DNA of 63,327 bases, counting the filler, from Saprolegnia diclina VS20 (Eukaryota): the NCBI RefSeq assembly GCF_000281045.1. It is 4 parts of 2 records of this genome, joined end to end, with 100 filler letters (N's around TTAATTAATTAA, not from the genome) between each part and the next. Parts side by side here need not be neighbours in the genome. Positions count along the whole stretch, not along the records: positions 28,773 to 58,788 come from NW_008246104.1; 3 more parts are not named here. One strand, given 5' to 3'. Below the pieces are notes generated by a model. That model had not been told where the DNA came from. It saw nothing but the letters and a program-made list of their open reading frames with translations, and ran no database searches. The translations under genes were made by a program, and so were the position numbers. How positions within the stretch are numbered: the stretch's first letter is position 1; the number at the start of each line of letters is the position of its first letter. This document shows, in pieces, positions 35,701 to 50,700 of this stretch.

Positions 35701-38700
35701 CATTTCCACTGGTGATGCACTACATTTGCACGCAAGAAATTACGGGGCACGCGACTGTCAAGGTCCTCGAAGCGCTCAACGGCCTTCTGGACGCTCAAGA
35801 CGCGTACGTGGCCGCCGTCATGACGTGCGTCAATGACGTCATTGACGCCAACGGATGTCGTCACGAAGGCGACATGCTACAACGGCTCGTGGACCTTGCT
35901 GCAACCCCGGGGCTACCCGTGCGCATCACAGAGCTCGCACAAAAAGCCGTGCTCGGCGCTCTGCTCCACCACGAGCTCGGGTCGCCGACCAAGCTCTTGC
36001 AGTACTTTGGGACGCTACCGGACCATTTGCTTGGCCTCCCATCAAGATTGCCGCTGGAGAGTGCCGGTGCAAGTGACTGCATCTTGACGAAAGGGCCACT
36101 GCTACGGCACTTGTCGGCGGCGATCACGATATGCCTGACCGATGCGACGGCCATGTGTTCGCGCGAGCCGCTCGAGTGTCGGTTTCTGAGCCTCTTGGCG
36201 ACGCCCGGCGGCATCGAGTATGTGCTACAGAGTGCGGTCGCCACCATGGGCCTCGTGGCGCGCTGCATGCATGCCGCGACAAGTGCGCGCGTGGTCTTGC
36301 ACGGAGCACGCGTCATTGAGACACTGGTCGCCGCCTTGGCGCTTCGCGGCGAAAGCGCCTTGCCCGACAGCCACGACCAAGCTAATGTACTGCAGATCCT
36401 CGTCGAGTGCATACTCTGTCGGGCTCAAGTCGCGACCGACTTTCTCCAAGACGCTGGGCGGATCGTCGTGGGCGCGCTTGCAACACTGCTGGCAGTCGCA
36501 CCGTGGCACCGGTGGGTCCTCGCAGCACTTGCACCGCTGCTGCACGACTTGGCAGCCACGCAGCGAATCTTTTGGTTGGACCGTGTCACGGGTATCGCAA
36601 CGTCGGGAACCCCGTCGCCGGACGCCACGCGCTTCAGTGCCATCGTCTTGGCACAGCATCAGAGTACGGCGCGGTGCCAATGTGCCGTGCTCGTGTCGAC
36701 GACGCGTCATCTTGTGGCCGACGTCGCCGCCCGCTTTGTGGCCACCGTGTTTGCGAATGCGGGTGCTACCATGCCGACGACGACACCGACACGGGTGGTC
36801 GCCGCTTCGATCCCGCGCGACGGCTCGCGCAAAATCCTGGCTGCCAATCGGATTCAAAAATGCGCGCTGCGGTGGCTCTACCGGCACCGAAAGACGCACG
36901 GGTTCCTTCCCGTGCTCCTACGCTACGCCACGTGTGCCATCTGTGCGACGTCGCCGTCGCTTCTCGCCGCCCTCGTCTTGCTCGTGTGCAACACGCGGTC
37001 GCTCGCGCTGCGTACATCGCCATTGGACGCTAGCCCCAAGCTGCGGCTGCAAGCGCTGCAGTGCTTGACCAAGCTCTGGTTTTACCCGTCGCTGGCCAAT
37101 GCGGCGGTCACCGATCTGCACGTCGACTATGTCTACCTCGTGCTCACATCTCATGACGACATTGCGTGGCGGTCCTTGGCGCTCTACGGTCTGAGCTACC
37201 TTGTGTGGCACGCGCCCATCGTGCTCCACTCGCTCCTCCGAACGATCACGCAGCCGCTGTGGCCTACGTTGAATGCCAGTGGGCCATGGCTCGAGGTGCT
37301 CTTGCACACGTCATTGTTTGCTCAGCGAAAGACACTGCTCTCCAACGCCAACATAATTGCGTACGTCGACTGCGCCTTGCACTTGCTCGTCGTCCTGAGT
37401 TTCGAGCATAAATTGGCACCGCTGCTTACGCGCACGTTTGGCTTTACCCTACGGCTGCTGCAAATGGTATGTCACTACTACACCTATTCCACATAGAGAT
37501 CCCATCATTGCTGTAGCTCAACGATGCCCCGGTGAAAGGCGCAGGGGACGCGGAACTGCACATTCGCCGTCTCCGCGATCGCCTTTTGCCCATGGCCCTC
37601 TTTGTGATGGCGAACGTCCTCTTGCGTCTCGGGGCAACCGAAGCGTTTGCGTTCGAAATACCTTGTGCCGAGATGGCGCTTCTCCTGAGCGCGGCTACAC
37701 CGAGCGTCGCGCAGGTTGTTGTCGAGAGTTGGTGGGAATCTCATCGACAAAGTAGGTGCAAGCATTGCATGTACTGTGGGCACTCGCGCTACGAAAACAA
37801 GGCCGTGACAGCCTCCGGTGGTCGTCGGCGCTCCAGGTTGCGCTCGTGGCGGCGCTCAGTGCGCGCAGTGGCCTTGCCTCGTTTGAGTCCTGGGCCGTTG
37901 TGCACGGTGCCGCCGGTGTTGTCGCGTGCCTTGCGGTCGACAAGGACGTGTGCGACGACCTGTGCAAGCTTGGACTTGTCGAGCAACTCCGCGACCGATT
38001 GGGCGATGGGGCCTCATCCTCGTGGTCGGCCTCGTGCGATGTTGATATGATCAAGCAAGCGAGTACCTTCAACAATGCGCTCGAGGCAGCCGCTGGCCAT
38101 GCAGCGACGACCGTCCAGTGGAACGCCAAGCTCGCAGCGCTGGGTCTCTTGCCTCTGTGTGGCCCCGGCGTGCCAGCCGCGCCCTCGACACTACTGCGTC
38201 ACCAAGTATCCGATGAAACGATGCATGCAACCAAGAGGTTGACGAGTATGGAGTAGGTGCTGCGAAGCTACACAGTGTGCCTTGTACACAAGCATCGGCG
38301 CGAATTGGGGCCGTGGCTCGAGGCTTTTCCAGCGGGCGACGCACCGATTTTGCTGCGTCGAAGCATGTGTGCGTCACTCTCGCTCTTGGCGCGCGTCGAT
38401 CCAGCGCTTGGGAGCGCGGTGCCAAGCGAGCTCCTTGCGCGCCTCGTGCAGTTGGCTGGCAGCCCGGACGATGGGACAGTGCAACGCCTCGCAATGCAAG
38501 CTTTGGGTCATCTCTCGCTGCAAACCGCGAGCGTCAAGGAGCAAGTTCATTCGATCGATGTGGTCGCACTGCTCACCACAGCGCGACCGGCGCTGCAGCT
38601 TGAAGTGCTTTTTTCATGTCGCCACCACACTCATATCTCTCTCGATCATAGGCCATCAGTATGCTGGCGCTGGCCGCGAAGAACAGCACGGTGCCACTGC

Positions 38701-41700
38701 CGCCGAGACTACACCAAGGCACGCTGGCGAGAGGGCTCATCCGCTGGCTCGAGCAGCGGGACGCGACGCGTGTACGCAAAATGCTTTCTCGTTTATATCT
38801 AAGAGGGGGTGCTAGGTTTGGCACCGAAAATCGGCTGCGTGGTCGTCGGTCCTCCTCGACAGCGACGATCTGGTGACCAATGAGAGTCGCGTCACCAAGT
38901 GTCTGCGACGACCACTGGAGCTGTTGCTTCAGTGCGAACTCGACGCTGCCGACCGACCAAGCGTTCCTTTGCTGTTGCTGTCCCTTCTGCTGGAGACTGT
39001 GACGGCGTTGCCCCACCTGCTGCACGACACGTATGTTCGTGACGCAACCGCGTTGGCAGTCACGCTCTCCTTGGCGCTCTCCGCGGGGTTTGAGGCTGCG
39101 TCGCCGTGGCAACCATACTGCTTGACACGCCCGATCGTGCACGGTCGGTCTCTCTCGTGTCCATGGCGACGACGTACCGTTCGTTCTTTGTAGGCTTGGC
39201 CCATATCCTGACGCAGAGCTTGGTTGTCGAAAGCCCGACCTTGACCTTGAACGTCCTCTCGGCGCTTCAAGTCGCGATTGCCGCCGACGAGCAGCTGCGT
39301 CTCGAGGTGCTAAGCGATGTGGGTTTCGTCCAAGCTCTTGTCAGTATGGTCGGTACCTCGGATGCGATGCAAGAGCCCGCGTTGCAAAAGGTAGCTTTCA
39401 AATTTCCTGGATGCTGGATGACAACGTCACGTATCTTGTAGACACTGGAGCTACTAGAGAGCGTGCTGCAGCGCGATCGAGACCCGAATGGGACCTTTGC
39501 GCCGTTTCTAACCCACCCAAAAGGACCCTATACGGCGCTTACATCGGTCTTTGCCGTCAGTCAAGAGGCCTCGCTGACGCTGCACGCCGCTGCCCTCGCG
39601 GTACTCGGACGCCTCCTCGAGGACCCGTCCTACGCGACATACTTTCTCAACGGCGCGTTTCAAACTGGAGGCAGTCGCTATAAGCCGTACCTCGAGCGCG
39701 TGCTCCGGTGCCTCGCCTTGCGGGCCGAGTGGGCCACGGGATATCGAACCCGCGGTGTGCTCCTCCAGCAGTGCGCGGGGGCGGCGCGGCTCGTGGCTGC
39801 CATCACGAACGCGTCCACCGTGCACGACAACGCACTTGTGGCGCTGCTCTTGGCCAAGGAAGGCTCGTATGCAGCAACGGACGCCGCCCTCGACGTTCTC
39901 GTGCAGCTTTTTCTGGACATTGGTGATAGCCGGTTTGAAGGGTAGACTCGGTGTTGTCATCGTGGCCTTGTCGTCACGCGGTTTGTAGGACACCGCTATC
40001 AACGGCTGTACTCTCCGAGCTGCGCGTACGTTACAATGGCGACTAGGGTACAACCATGAAACACGAACCCTAGGTGGACATTACGCGCGCTCTGGCCTCG
40101 CTTGGGCGAAGCGAGACCGTGCGCCACACGTCGGCATTGCTGCATTTCGTCTCGGTCGCTGCCGCCACGCCCATCGACACCGAGCGGGACGCGGCGGTGC
40201 GCGCCAACATTGTGCACATCTACGAGCATCTCCTTTGTGTTCCCAGTGTGTTTCGGCAACTTGTCTTTGGACATGGTGTCTTCATGCCGCGCGACGACGT
40301 CGCCAATGATGCAAAACCCGTCTTCTTCTTCCTTGGCCAACAGCTAGCCTTGGACAGTAGCATGACGTACCGCCCCGTCTATGCGAGTATGGCTGGAACA
40401 TTGCTGACCGACGCGGCGTTCACTTTGGAGATGCAGTTTCTCGAGCAGCACACCATACCGTCCGAGTGCCTCGCCGCCGCGCTCACCGGCTCGGACGCGC
40501 ATCGACCGCTCCTTCGCGACGCCAAAGAGCTGACGCGTCGCTTGCAGTGCCTTGAACAAGGCATGCCGTTTGGTGTCGACGCGCCGCTGTCACGCCACGC
40601 CGGCGTTCGCGTCGTCCACGAGCTGTTGCGCACCGTGTTGCATCTCTGGACAACGTCATTCACGCGTGAAAGGACGGCGATAGACGGCAAGAACATCACG
40701 GCCTTTCTTGTGCAATTGCTGCATTGGCTGCACACTAGACATCCGGGAAGTGGCCTCCTTGTCGCGCCCCAAATGCTGCAGCAGTGCGTCGACGTGATCG
40801 CGTCGGTCTCGCCACGCGCCTTGCCGCTGCTCCTCGACTTGATTGCGCAGCTCTTCCGCGTCGCGCCTCTCTACAAACAGACGTTTTTGGACATGGCGCT
40901 CACAAGCGCGCTCGTGCACTGCCTCACGCCACACAGCAGTACGCACTTGGTGCCGGTTCTGAGCTTTCTCTGGGATCTTGCGCGGAACGATGCGAGCGTC
41001 GCACTCGACCTCGTGGACGACGCGACACTGCTGCGACAAATCTTTGCCTTGTTGCAGCTCCCGATAGTGTACAACCCCACGTTTCAGTGCCTCGCGCTCA
41101 AGCGCCCGAGTGACGCGCAGCTCGATGTCATCATTGCAGCGACGCAGGTGCTGTGCGTCGTCACGTCGGCGACCCGGGCCGCGCTTATCGTACTGCACGC
41201 GCTCGAGCTGCAATTGGCCAAGGCCGCGCCGACATCAAGTACCGAAGGTATGTGCCCGCGGAGCGCCCCGAACACGCGTCCCCTCCTGCGTACGGTGCTC
41301 GACTTGCTCGCGGTCTCGCCGTCGGCCGAGCTCAAGCAGTCGCTTCTCGCCTTGACGCAGCATTTCGCACGGGCGACCCCGTCCGTGACGGTCGCGCGGC
41401 TCTGTGACCACGGCGGTATCCTCGTGCTCTTTGATTGCCTCTTTGAAACCACTGGCGCCGTCCAAGTCATGGTCCTCAAGCTACTGCAACTGCTCATGGA
41501 TGTGTCGGGGCCCCGGGGCCCGGACCCGGCGGCCCGCCACGCGTCCATTTCGCCGCGCAAGTCGGTGCTGCACTCGACCGGTCACTCGACGACCAACATG
41601 ACGCGCTTCTCGATGGCTGTCTCCGCGTCGTCGGAAGTGAAGCGGCGCACGGCGCTCCGGTCGGCCGAGACGGGGCTCCGGAGTCTTCTGACCGAGACCA

Positions 41701-44700
41701 ATGGCCCGTCGCCGGCACTCGAGTCAGTGGCGTTGATCTCAGCTCGTATCGCTTTGCTTGGCGCCTTGTACCCGATTTACGACCACCGCCTAAACGACAT
41801 GACACTCGGGAATCAAACCACCGAAGTCGACTTTGCCTGGATCGAAGATATGCTTCGGCGCCTCGTGGTCTTTGGCCAACTTTCGTTTGCCGAGCTGCAC
41901 TTGGTCAGTCGGTGCATGATCATCCATCGCGTGTTGCCGTCGCGGTCGGTCATCACCGAGCCGGGCCTGTACGTCATCACCACCGGCAAGGTGGCGTGGC
42001 ACCTCGACGGGGCGCCGTTTCACCCACACGTCCTCGAGAAAGGGTGCATGGTCGGCATCTCGAGCTGTGTCGGCGGCGCCCCGGAGCGCGCGACGGCCAT
42101 GAGTGGCGTCGTCAGTCTCGTGCTCTTCAAAGCGACGATCGAGTCGGCGCTACCGAGTTCGATCCAGCAAAAGCTTCTCGGTGGCATGGACCGTGTCCGA
42201 AGCATGTACGCTAGCGATCGGCGCCCCGAAAAGGGTACGTACCTCTCACGCTTCAAAATGTCGCTCCTGGCCCCGCCCTTGCTCGGTGCGAGCTCGATCC
42301 TGCTGGCCACGATGCTACACGCCGTAGCCGCGACAAAAGAAGCCAGTCGCATCAACCCATGGCTCCTCGTTCACCTCATCCACGACATTGCACAGTGGCA
42401 CGGCCCTGTGCCGTCCGACTTGGTGACTTCGGTCGTCCTTGTCGCTGCCGCCGTGTTGTCGTCGCAGGCCCACGGCGCGACCCATCAAATTCTCTTGACA
42501 CTCGGGCGGCGCCACGGTGCAGCGGGCGCAACGTTCTTTGCGTCGGCGTTCACAAAACCGATTGACGATATCATTGCACCGACCGACGTCCTGTTGTGCA
42601 ATGCGCTCGGCCAAGTGCTCTTGGCGCTCGCGTCGTACCATTGTGATCCTACAGCGGCTTGTAGTTTGGGCAAGCATCTCTGTCGCTGCACATTGCGCGC
42701 ACGGCGTGCCCTCATGCAGAGCCTCAACATGCACTGGATCGACACCGTCATGACGCTCTTTGAGGAGCAACCGCTGTTGCCACGGCTCGACTATTGCGTG
42801 CTCTACCGCGTTTTGCGCAAGCTCTTTGCCGTCAACAACTTTCAGCTCGCGTCGTACCTCAAGTACCTATCCCCGCGCCGACTGCTGCATTCGTTTGTCG
42901 GGGATGTGCTCAACCTCGCCGAAGACGACGCGATCGAAGCCCAAAAGTAGTATTGCGACATGACGTTTCTTGCTCGTCTGACATTGTTGTGCTAACTAGA
43001 CTGTTGCTCACGCTTGGTCGGCACCCGTACTTTCGTAATCTCGTCGTGTGTCATGATGACGTTCTCGACGTGGCGTCGGTATGGAGCCTTCAACAACGGG
43101 CAGCGATCCGCAGTGGGTCGCTCCCACCGCTCGAGTTGCTTTCGTGCTTGTGTTGCGCGACGACGCCGGACGCTGTGCCCCACCGTGTCGCACCCATCTA
43201 CCAAGCGCTCGTTGACGACGGTAGCACGCTCGACGTGCTTGCTGTCAACGCGGCCGACGCCACCATGAAGCGCAGTCTCACGGCCTTACAGTGCCTTCGG
43301 AACCTCTGTGTTGCGACGGCGCGGCTTGACAATGCTCCGTCACCGACCTGGGACACTTCTCTCGGCGCCCACGCCGCACTGCTACCGACACTTCTCAGCG
43401 TGGTGCGTATCGTACCAACGACACCGTTCCCGTTTGACCACAGTAGCCGACTACTTGTCTTGGCCGAAGTGCTGCTCTACGCCTGCCGGCGCGGCCTCCA
43501 CCTTGCGCTCAATGCCTTTGACCTTGCGCACGCGTGCGTTCTGCAGCTGCAGTCGCTGCTCGACGTGCCGATCCTCGGGTGCGTCTTGGAGAACGCGCGG
43601 ACTCGACTCGCACGCGTGGTCGGCACCATACTCGCCACGCCACCACCGTCGCTTGACACGGCACAGTGCCACGGCTTGGCCTACATGCTGTTGGAGACGA
43701 CTTTGGCGGCCTTCAGTAAACGCCACGAAGGGCTGCTCCGCGTCCTCGTCCGGCTGCTGGCGTTTCTACCAACCTGCACTTGGTTTCGGTCGCTGCAGAC
43801 GCCACCGGGTACCGTCGACGTCGCCGTCGCGGCCGTCGCTCTTGTCATGGAGATCACGCTCATGCCGTGGGACTCGATCAAGCATGTGAGTGCGCTCTGT
43901 GTTGCAGCGCTCTGCGAGCTCCCGCGGGTCGCCGACGTTCTCACCCAGGACGTGTACGTGGCCAAAATTTGTGCGACGCTTCGGAGCGGCTGCGTCGGGA
44001 TGCAAGGGTTTGTGTCGGTGCTCGCGCGGCTTTGCGAGACGCCGACGATGCGCCTCCGACTGCTCTCGTACCCGGCGTGCGTGGCGTCCGTCGAGCACAT
44101 ACTGCCATTGCTCCACGAGCACGTGTGCAGCATCGATGCGGCCTATGTGCTCTGGACCCTCTGGCGCACGCAGCGCAAGACACTAGGCGAGCGCCTTGCT
44201 ATTGCCCAAAGTACCACCGACGCGCTCTTGATGCTACTGCAACCGTCCGTGCCGTGGCTCGAAACCGCACCTGAGAAGCGCTGTCATGTAGCCGCAGGCG
44301 CCTTTCTCGAGCTCTGGCGAGGGGCCGATGTCCCTTTGACCACCTGGGCCGGCGTACTACAGCGGGCCAGCGCACACGTATCCCGATGGACCTCACACTC
44401 GGCGCCGCCCCATCAGTTGCTCAAACTGCTCTCGGCGCTCTTAACGGATGCGACGCTGATTGCGCACGTCCAGCGCAAGCGCCATTTGCCATGGGGGGCC
44501 CTATGGACGTGTGTCGGTGCCAAGGACAGCTACTATCTGCATCTTGCGTCCTTTACAACGGCCTTTCTCCGGCTCGAGCCATCAGCGCCAGTTCGAACCC
44601 ATGTCCAGACGCTGCTGTGCGAGACGCCGCAATTCTGGTCGACGTGCACCCCCCGTTTGCTGCATGCCACGAATACCTTCGGCATTCTTTGCATTTTGCG

Positions 44701-47700
44701 GCTCTTGTACCGAGCGTGCATTGGCCACCGAGACAATACGATTCGAGTCGTGTCGTTCTGGGAGCGCTGCCAACGCCTCGTCACCGACACTGTCGACACG
44801 GTCGAGATCGCCGATCTCGTGTGCCGGCTGTGGCAGCTCGGGTTCCGCACGTGCCCGTCGGCGGCGCAAGACGAAGCGGTGCGGCTCTCGTTTGCCCTCT
44901 ACCGGCAACTGCACCACACAACCATCGCTACGACGGACGCACGCCGCGTCGCCACCCGAGTGTGCCGCACGTACACCCGCCTTTTGCGCTTGGCACTGCG
45001 CTTGCAACCGCCACCCGACGTGCAGTCACTGCTCTCGCCGCTATTAGAGCGTCGCGTCTCTGCTCTCACGCTCGCGGCCGTCACGCTCGGTGCTGCATGT
45101 GCGCGACGTTCGGGGACCAAGACGCCAACGATGGCCATCGACCATCTCGTTTTGCATTTGAGCCAGCGCGTACCGCATCGTGTGTACTGGGCATGGTTTA
45201 TCGCGGCCGGCCGGGCAGCTACGGACCCCCTCGAGACTACCGACGACGACAGTTGGGTGACGGTCGTGGCGCACGGCAGGGTCCTCAGTCATGCGTCGAC
45301 CGATGTCGATATCGTGTTTTGGTATCTGCACTTTTCAACGGCCCCCGACAAGATGCTGCAGGCTGCAGAGCGTGTCGTGGCGACCACTAGTGACCATAGC
45401 GAGCGGTCGTGGTGGCTTCATGTCCTTCGGTGCTGCATCATGAGGTATCCTAGTGGTACCGAGCAAATGTGCTCGTTCGTGGTCGACATCGCCGACGTCA
45501 TCACGGACGCCGTGCAAAGTGACGCGCCGCCGTGCGTGCGAGACGCGGCTGCAGCGCTTGTATCGGAGATGCTTGCTTGCCGCCAACCGTCCCTCGCAGC
45601 CTATGCAACATCCTTACTGCCATCCCTCCTGGTCACGGTCACATCGGCCCTTGCACATGGCTCGGGCGACCCGACGCCTACAGCGCGATTGGTGTCGCAG
45701 CTTCTTGACGACAGCATCGAGGCGCGTGCAGTGCTGGCGCCGCATCTACCGCGACTGCTTCCAGTGCTTTGTGACCGACTATTGTGTGCGCTGCAGCACA
45801 ACCATTTGCAACTGGCAGCGGACTTGATGCAGCTCGTCGTTGGCATACTCTACAGCCATCGGTGTGGGTACAACTCGCCAGCCGACAAGATGCTCTTAGC
45901 GTCGGCGACGCTGCAGAGCTGCCTCGAACTGGCTATCGTCAAGCGGCCGGCCTTGGTCCTCGTCGCGCGCAGCCTCTGCGCCGCGCGGCACCTCGCCACA
46001 GTCGCCCCGGTGCTGTACGTGCCCTATGCAACACTCCCACGCAAGTGGCAGTCCATGGTCGGGCAGCTATTGGTGCAGCACATTGTGACGCACACGTCAT
46101 CGCCCCCCACGCCGGACGCAGCGCTGTTCTTGGATGCACTCGCAGCGCTGTTGCACCCAAACATGGGGAGTCCCGAGTGGTTGTATGAGGCGCTTGCTCG
46201 AGCTGGCGTGATCGCCCAAACACTCGACCGACTGCCGTTGCTGCACGGGGCACCATCATCGCTCGCATCATGCCTCGGGATCCTGTCGCACCTTCTGCTC
46301 GTCCTCAAGTCGACGCGCGATCGGGCGTGGCTTGGTCGCATTGCGCCGTTCTTGAAGGCGCCCACGAGGATCGTGGCGGCGGCCGCGCTAAGCGTCTACT
46401 GGGTTCTACACCGGCAAGACCTTTCTCCCAAAGCAGTGCAGCGTTTGCTATCCGTGTTGGACGCCGTCGAGACGCCGTCCGAGGCATCGTATGGACTCTA
46501 CGCCATGCTTCTGGCGCCGCCAACGCTGGCGATCGAGGGCCTGTGGGGTACGCGTGGGTTCCTACTGCATCTCGACGCAATACCCAGGCCAGTCGACCGC
46601 GCCGAGGTGCGAGAGAGGGCCAAATTTCTCTCGCGTCTTGCAGTGGTTGATCCTGACGTTGTCGTTGCGCACCTGCCGTCGATGGCGCACCTCTTGCAGA
46701 GTCTCTCGGTGCTTTGCTCCAAAGCGGCTGGCTATGCGCTCCAAGCACTGCGTCCATTGGCGTCATCCTTGGACTTCGCAGAGATCCTCACGGCGATCCA
46801 ACCGCATCTCTGGTACGGTTTGACCAACGCGGAGAGTCTTTTGCATCGGGGCGTCGACAGTTGTCGCAAGACCCAAGGCACCCTCGCGATGCTCAACGTC
46901 GGCCATGCCTTGGACCTTGCAGCTGCTTGTTTCGACACTCTTCCTTCTTGTCTGCGACACAAGCGCCGCATCGATGGAGCGGCCGCATTGTTGCAGCTGC
47001 TACTGCGCCTTGCCCACCACGGTCCGTGGAACCGGCAAGCGCTGGCCATGGACTTAGCAGCCCGCCTTTTTGAGCGCGTGCACTGCGAGATGGCGTTTCT
47101 TGATGGCACCCACCGCACGCTTGACGCCCTACTCGAGTGTCTGCACATTCCGCGACTGCAAGCTCCAGGCTTGCACCTGCTCGCTGTCGCCACGACAAGT
47201 CCATGGGTGCAAGCGGCGGTGCTTGCCTCCGATGGCGTGCTGGACTGCCTCCTGGATCGTCTTCGCCGCAACGAGCACCTCGCACCACTGGTGTGGCGAA
47301 TTTTGGTGCATTTGGCAGCGTCCGGACGCCAGCCGCTGCCGCTGTTGTCGGTGCTCGTCGCGGCGCACGTTTGGATAGACGTGCGGTCGTACGCGATTGA
47401 GACACACCGGGACGTTGCAAGGACAATGGCATCGCTTGCAAAAGAGCCTCGGTGCATCCCTGACATTCTTCGCCTTCAGACCATGCTCAGCGGTTTGCGC
47501 CGAGACTGCGACGTGGACAGTGCTTTGCTTGAAACGCAGCTTTGTATCGTCGCGTCCGGCGGTGCGAGCCACGAGCTGTCGGCGCTCACGTCCGTAGTCA
47601 TGTGTCTCGACGCTATCTTTGCATACGACCACGGCGCTTGTGACGCTCTTGACAAGGGCCTCACAGCGGCGACCGTGGCCCTCACGCAGCTTGTCGCAAG

Positions 47701-50700
47701 CTTTTATGCGTGTGCCACCGAGCACGACGACGTGCCACTCGTCGAAGCCAGCGGGTCCAAGCTGCGCCCACTTGTGTATGTTGGCTGCAACGGAGCGCCG
47801 CTGTCGTCGCCGGGCATCTACGTGCAGCTGTTTCGGCTCTGGGATCTCGCGTGCAGCCATCCCCACCGTGTACGCGAGGCATCGCTATATAGCATCGTCA
47901 TACGATGCTTGATGTAGGGTGTCGCCAGCGTTTCGTGGGGCGCCGTCCTGCGCATGCTCTTGCGTATCGCCCGCGCGTCGATCAGCGGCTGCTTTCTCGT
48001 CGCCGAAGCGAGTACGCTGCATTTTGTGTCGTCGCATTTGGCCAAGTCGACGCTCGACCAGTGCGTTGACATTTGCGACCTATTGCATGCGGTCGTTCGG
48101 GTGCGAGCGATTGCCGTCCAGTTTGCCCGCGTCTCGTCGTCGTCGCCGTCTTTAGTCCACGTGCTTTTGGCCGCGGCCGCGCACAGCTTGCATGGACCCC
48201 GGGGCACCGACCCCTTTGTGCCGACTTTGCCGCCCTTGCTCACAACCCTAGCCCTGCTCTGCGAACACCCGCCGTTTTTGCAAGCGCCTCTCTTGAACGA
48301 CGAGAGCGCTTTGTCGTCCGCGAGTCTCTTTTCGCTGCTGCTCTACGGCGTCTACCATAGCATGCGTCGGCCGTGGGCGTACGCGACGCTGGCGGCCAAG
48401 CTCTTTGTGCGCTTCTGCACTGTGCACAGCCTCGACACGCTCAACGCAGAAATGGCGCGCGCGACCAGTGACCTCCGCGGCCACGGCATCACCAAGGTGC
48501 ATATCGCGCAGACGCTACTGCACGCCATGTACCTGACCAACTTTGAGTTTGAGATGCACTTGCGCGTGCTGGTACGATTTCATGTTGCAATTTTGAGTTT
48601 GCATTTTCATGTTTCAGTTTTCATGGTTGTGTATCCTTCTCGCCGACTCGGACATGACGGTGATTGTAGGTCCGCGTGGTGCACTCGGTGCTCGTGCGCA
48701 TGGCCGCGCTCGGTCGCATCGACAAGGGCGTGCCCGGGCTGTTGCACGACCACGGTCTCACCAACATTTTCCTTCTCTCAAAAGCATACAGCGACCAATA
48801 CGAAACGCGCGACGACGACTGGGCGATGCGGAGTCAGTGGGTCCATGCGATGAAGGAGGAGCACGTCAAGTACTGCGTCGACGGCTACGAGGCTCTCTAC
48901 ACCGCCTTGGAGAGCGCAAACCGCGACCCGCAGCTCATTGTAGCCATTGAGAGCACGCGCCATGCGACCATGTGCCTTCAGACCTTGCACTACGTGCTGC
49001 AGCTGCTGCACGAAGCGTGCGTGGCGAGCAGCCCGACCGCGGCGAGCGACGTCCATCTCTTCTTTCAGCGCATCGAGCACATTGGCGAGTGGGTCATTCT
49101 ATGCCTCGAAAGCCCCGACATGGACGTTGGCTACTACACCAACCAGATTGAAGCGCTCTGTCGCAGCGTGCGTCACCTCTTGAGCAGCCACAAGTCCCAT
49201 GCGTTTGATCCGTCGAGTACGCCGACGACCGACATGACGTATCCCGTGAGCATTGAGCTCCGCCACGTTCATTTGCACTCGTGGGTGTGGGCGCTTCTCG
49301 GGTCCCGGCCCTATGTTCGCCTTGGCGTCGGTAAGAAACATGCTTACTACAGTTGCGTTTCGGGTCGATTGCCGGCGACATGCCCGCACCAGCATTACCG
49401 GTGCGGCGACTACGACGTGACCGACGGCCGCCTCGTAGTCGACGCCGACGACGCGCTCCAGTCGCTCGATATCCAGCTATGGATGTACTTGCCGTGGAGT
49501 CCGGTGGATATTTGCATCGGACGCGCCACCGCGGGGTTTCCAATGCCGCCGACGGCGTCGATCGATTTTTACCCGGAACAACGGGACAAAATGCGGTTCG
49601 ACGTCGTCCAACCGTACGGTCACATTGCAGTTGTCGTCGCGCCCACGACGTCCATGGACGAGTTGAACTCGTCGGCGTTTCCATACTCTACGTGTGGCTC
49701 CAAATCGCTACGGCAGCGCCTCACACGGGGGTTTCTCTGGCTCGCATCGTCGCTGCGCTCTCTCGGGCGCCGGTGGCTGTGGCCAGCGCATTCGCAGGGC
49801 CGTGTCGTCGCCGTCGGGTCGGCCAAACACCGGGGCGCGGCCGACATGTCGGACGCCGCGGCGCAGCTGCTACTGCACTGGACCGATCTGCAACTCGTTT
49901 TGGAGCGCATGACATCGAAAGAAAAGCTCATTGGCTCGTATGAGAAACAGTACGCGATCGACGAGTGCAAGCACGTGGCAGAGCTGCTTCTCGGGTCCGG
50001 CGCGGGCTCGTTTGATGCGCTGCAGCCCCACATGCTAGCGTCGCTGACAAACCCGACGCACCACGCCATTTGGCACCGCACTTCGTATGCGATTCGTCGA
50101 GCGATCGAGTTGCACATGCCACGGGGTCTCACGTTTCTCAAGACGCACCTCCACGCCCACGTGTCTGCGATCTCGGGTGCACGCCACGTACCTTTGCTCG
50201 AAGTGTGCAACGGGATTCCTGGCCTCGATGATGATGTGGCACCGCGACCGGTCGCGCCGGCGATGCCAACCACCGTCATGCGCACGGCCGGTCGATTTCT
50301 CTTGCACGGCCTGTTGCGCGCTGCCGTGACCCCCACGACCGAGAGCGGCGCGTCGATTCGCCGTCGTCACCTCCCCGGACGCAACTGCATACTTCCGATT
50401 CAGTCGATCTTTGCTCAGCCCGAGGCGCTCGCCCACGCCGCACCACAGTAAACCGTCCTTGTTGCTTCATGTACGCACACTGTTGTGTGTTATGTGGTGT
50501 AGGTACGAGCGCCAGTGCGCCGTGGCCCCCGAGACACTCAACCATTTTTTACTGCAGCCGATTGAGCGTTTGCAAACGCTGCTTGTCGTGTCCAAGCTTA
50601 CCGATGCCTGCTTTGGTCACGCCCACTTGGCCCGCGTATCGATCCCCGAGCCCGCCGCGGTGTCGCGCGATTTACTGCAGTCGACCGCTCGACTCGCGAC

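Noticed and set aside
50232..50241. Exact TGATGTGGCA copy
   Set aside because: It lies inside an exon of the giant gene and is treated as a background occurrence.
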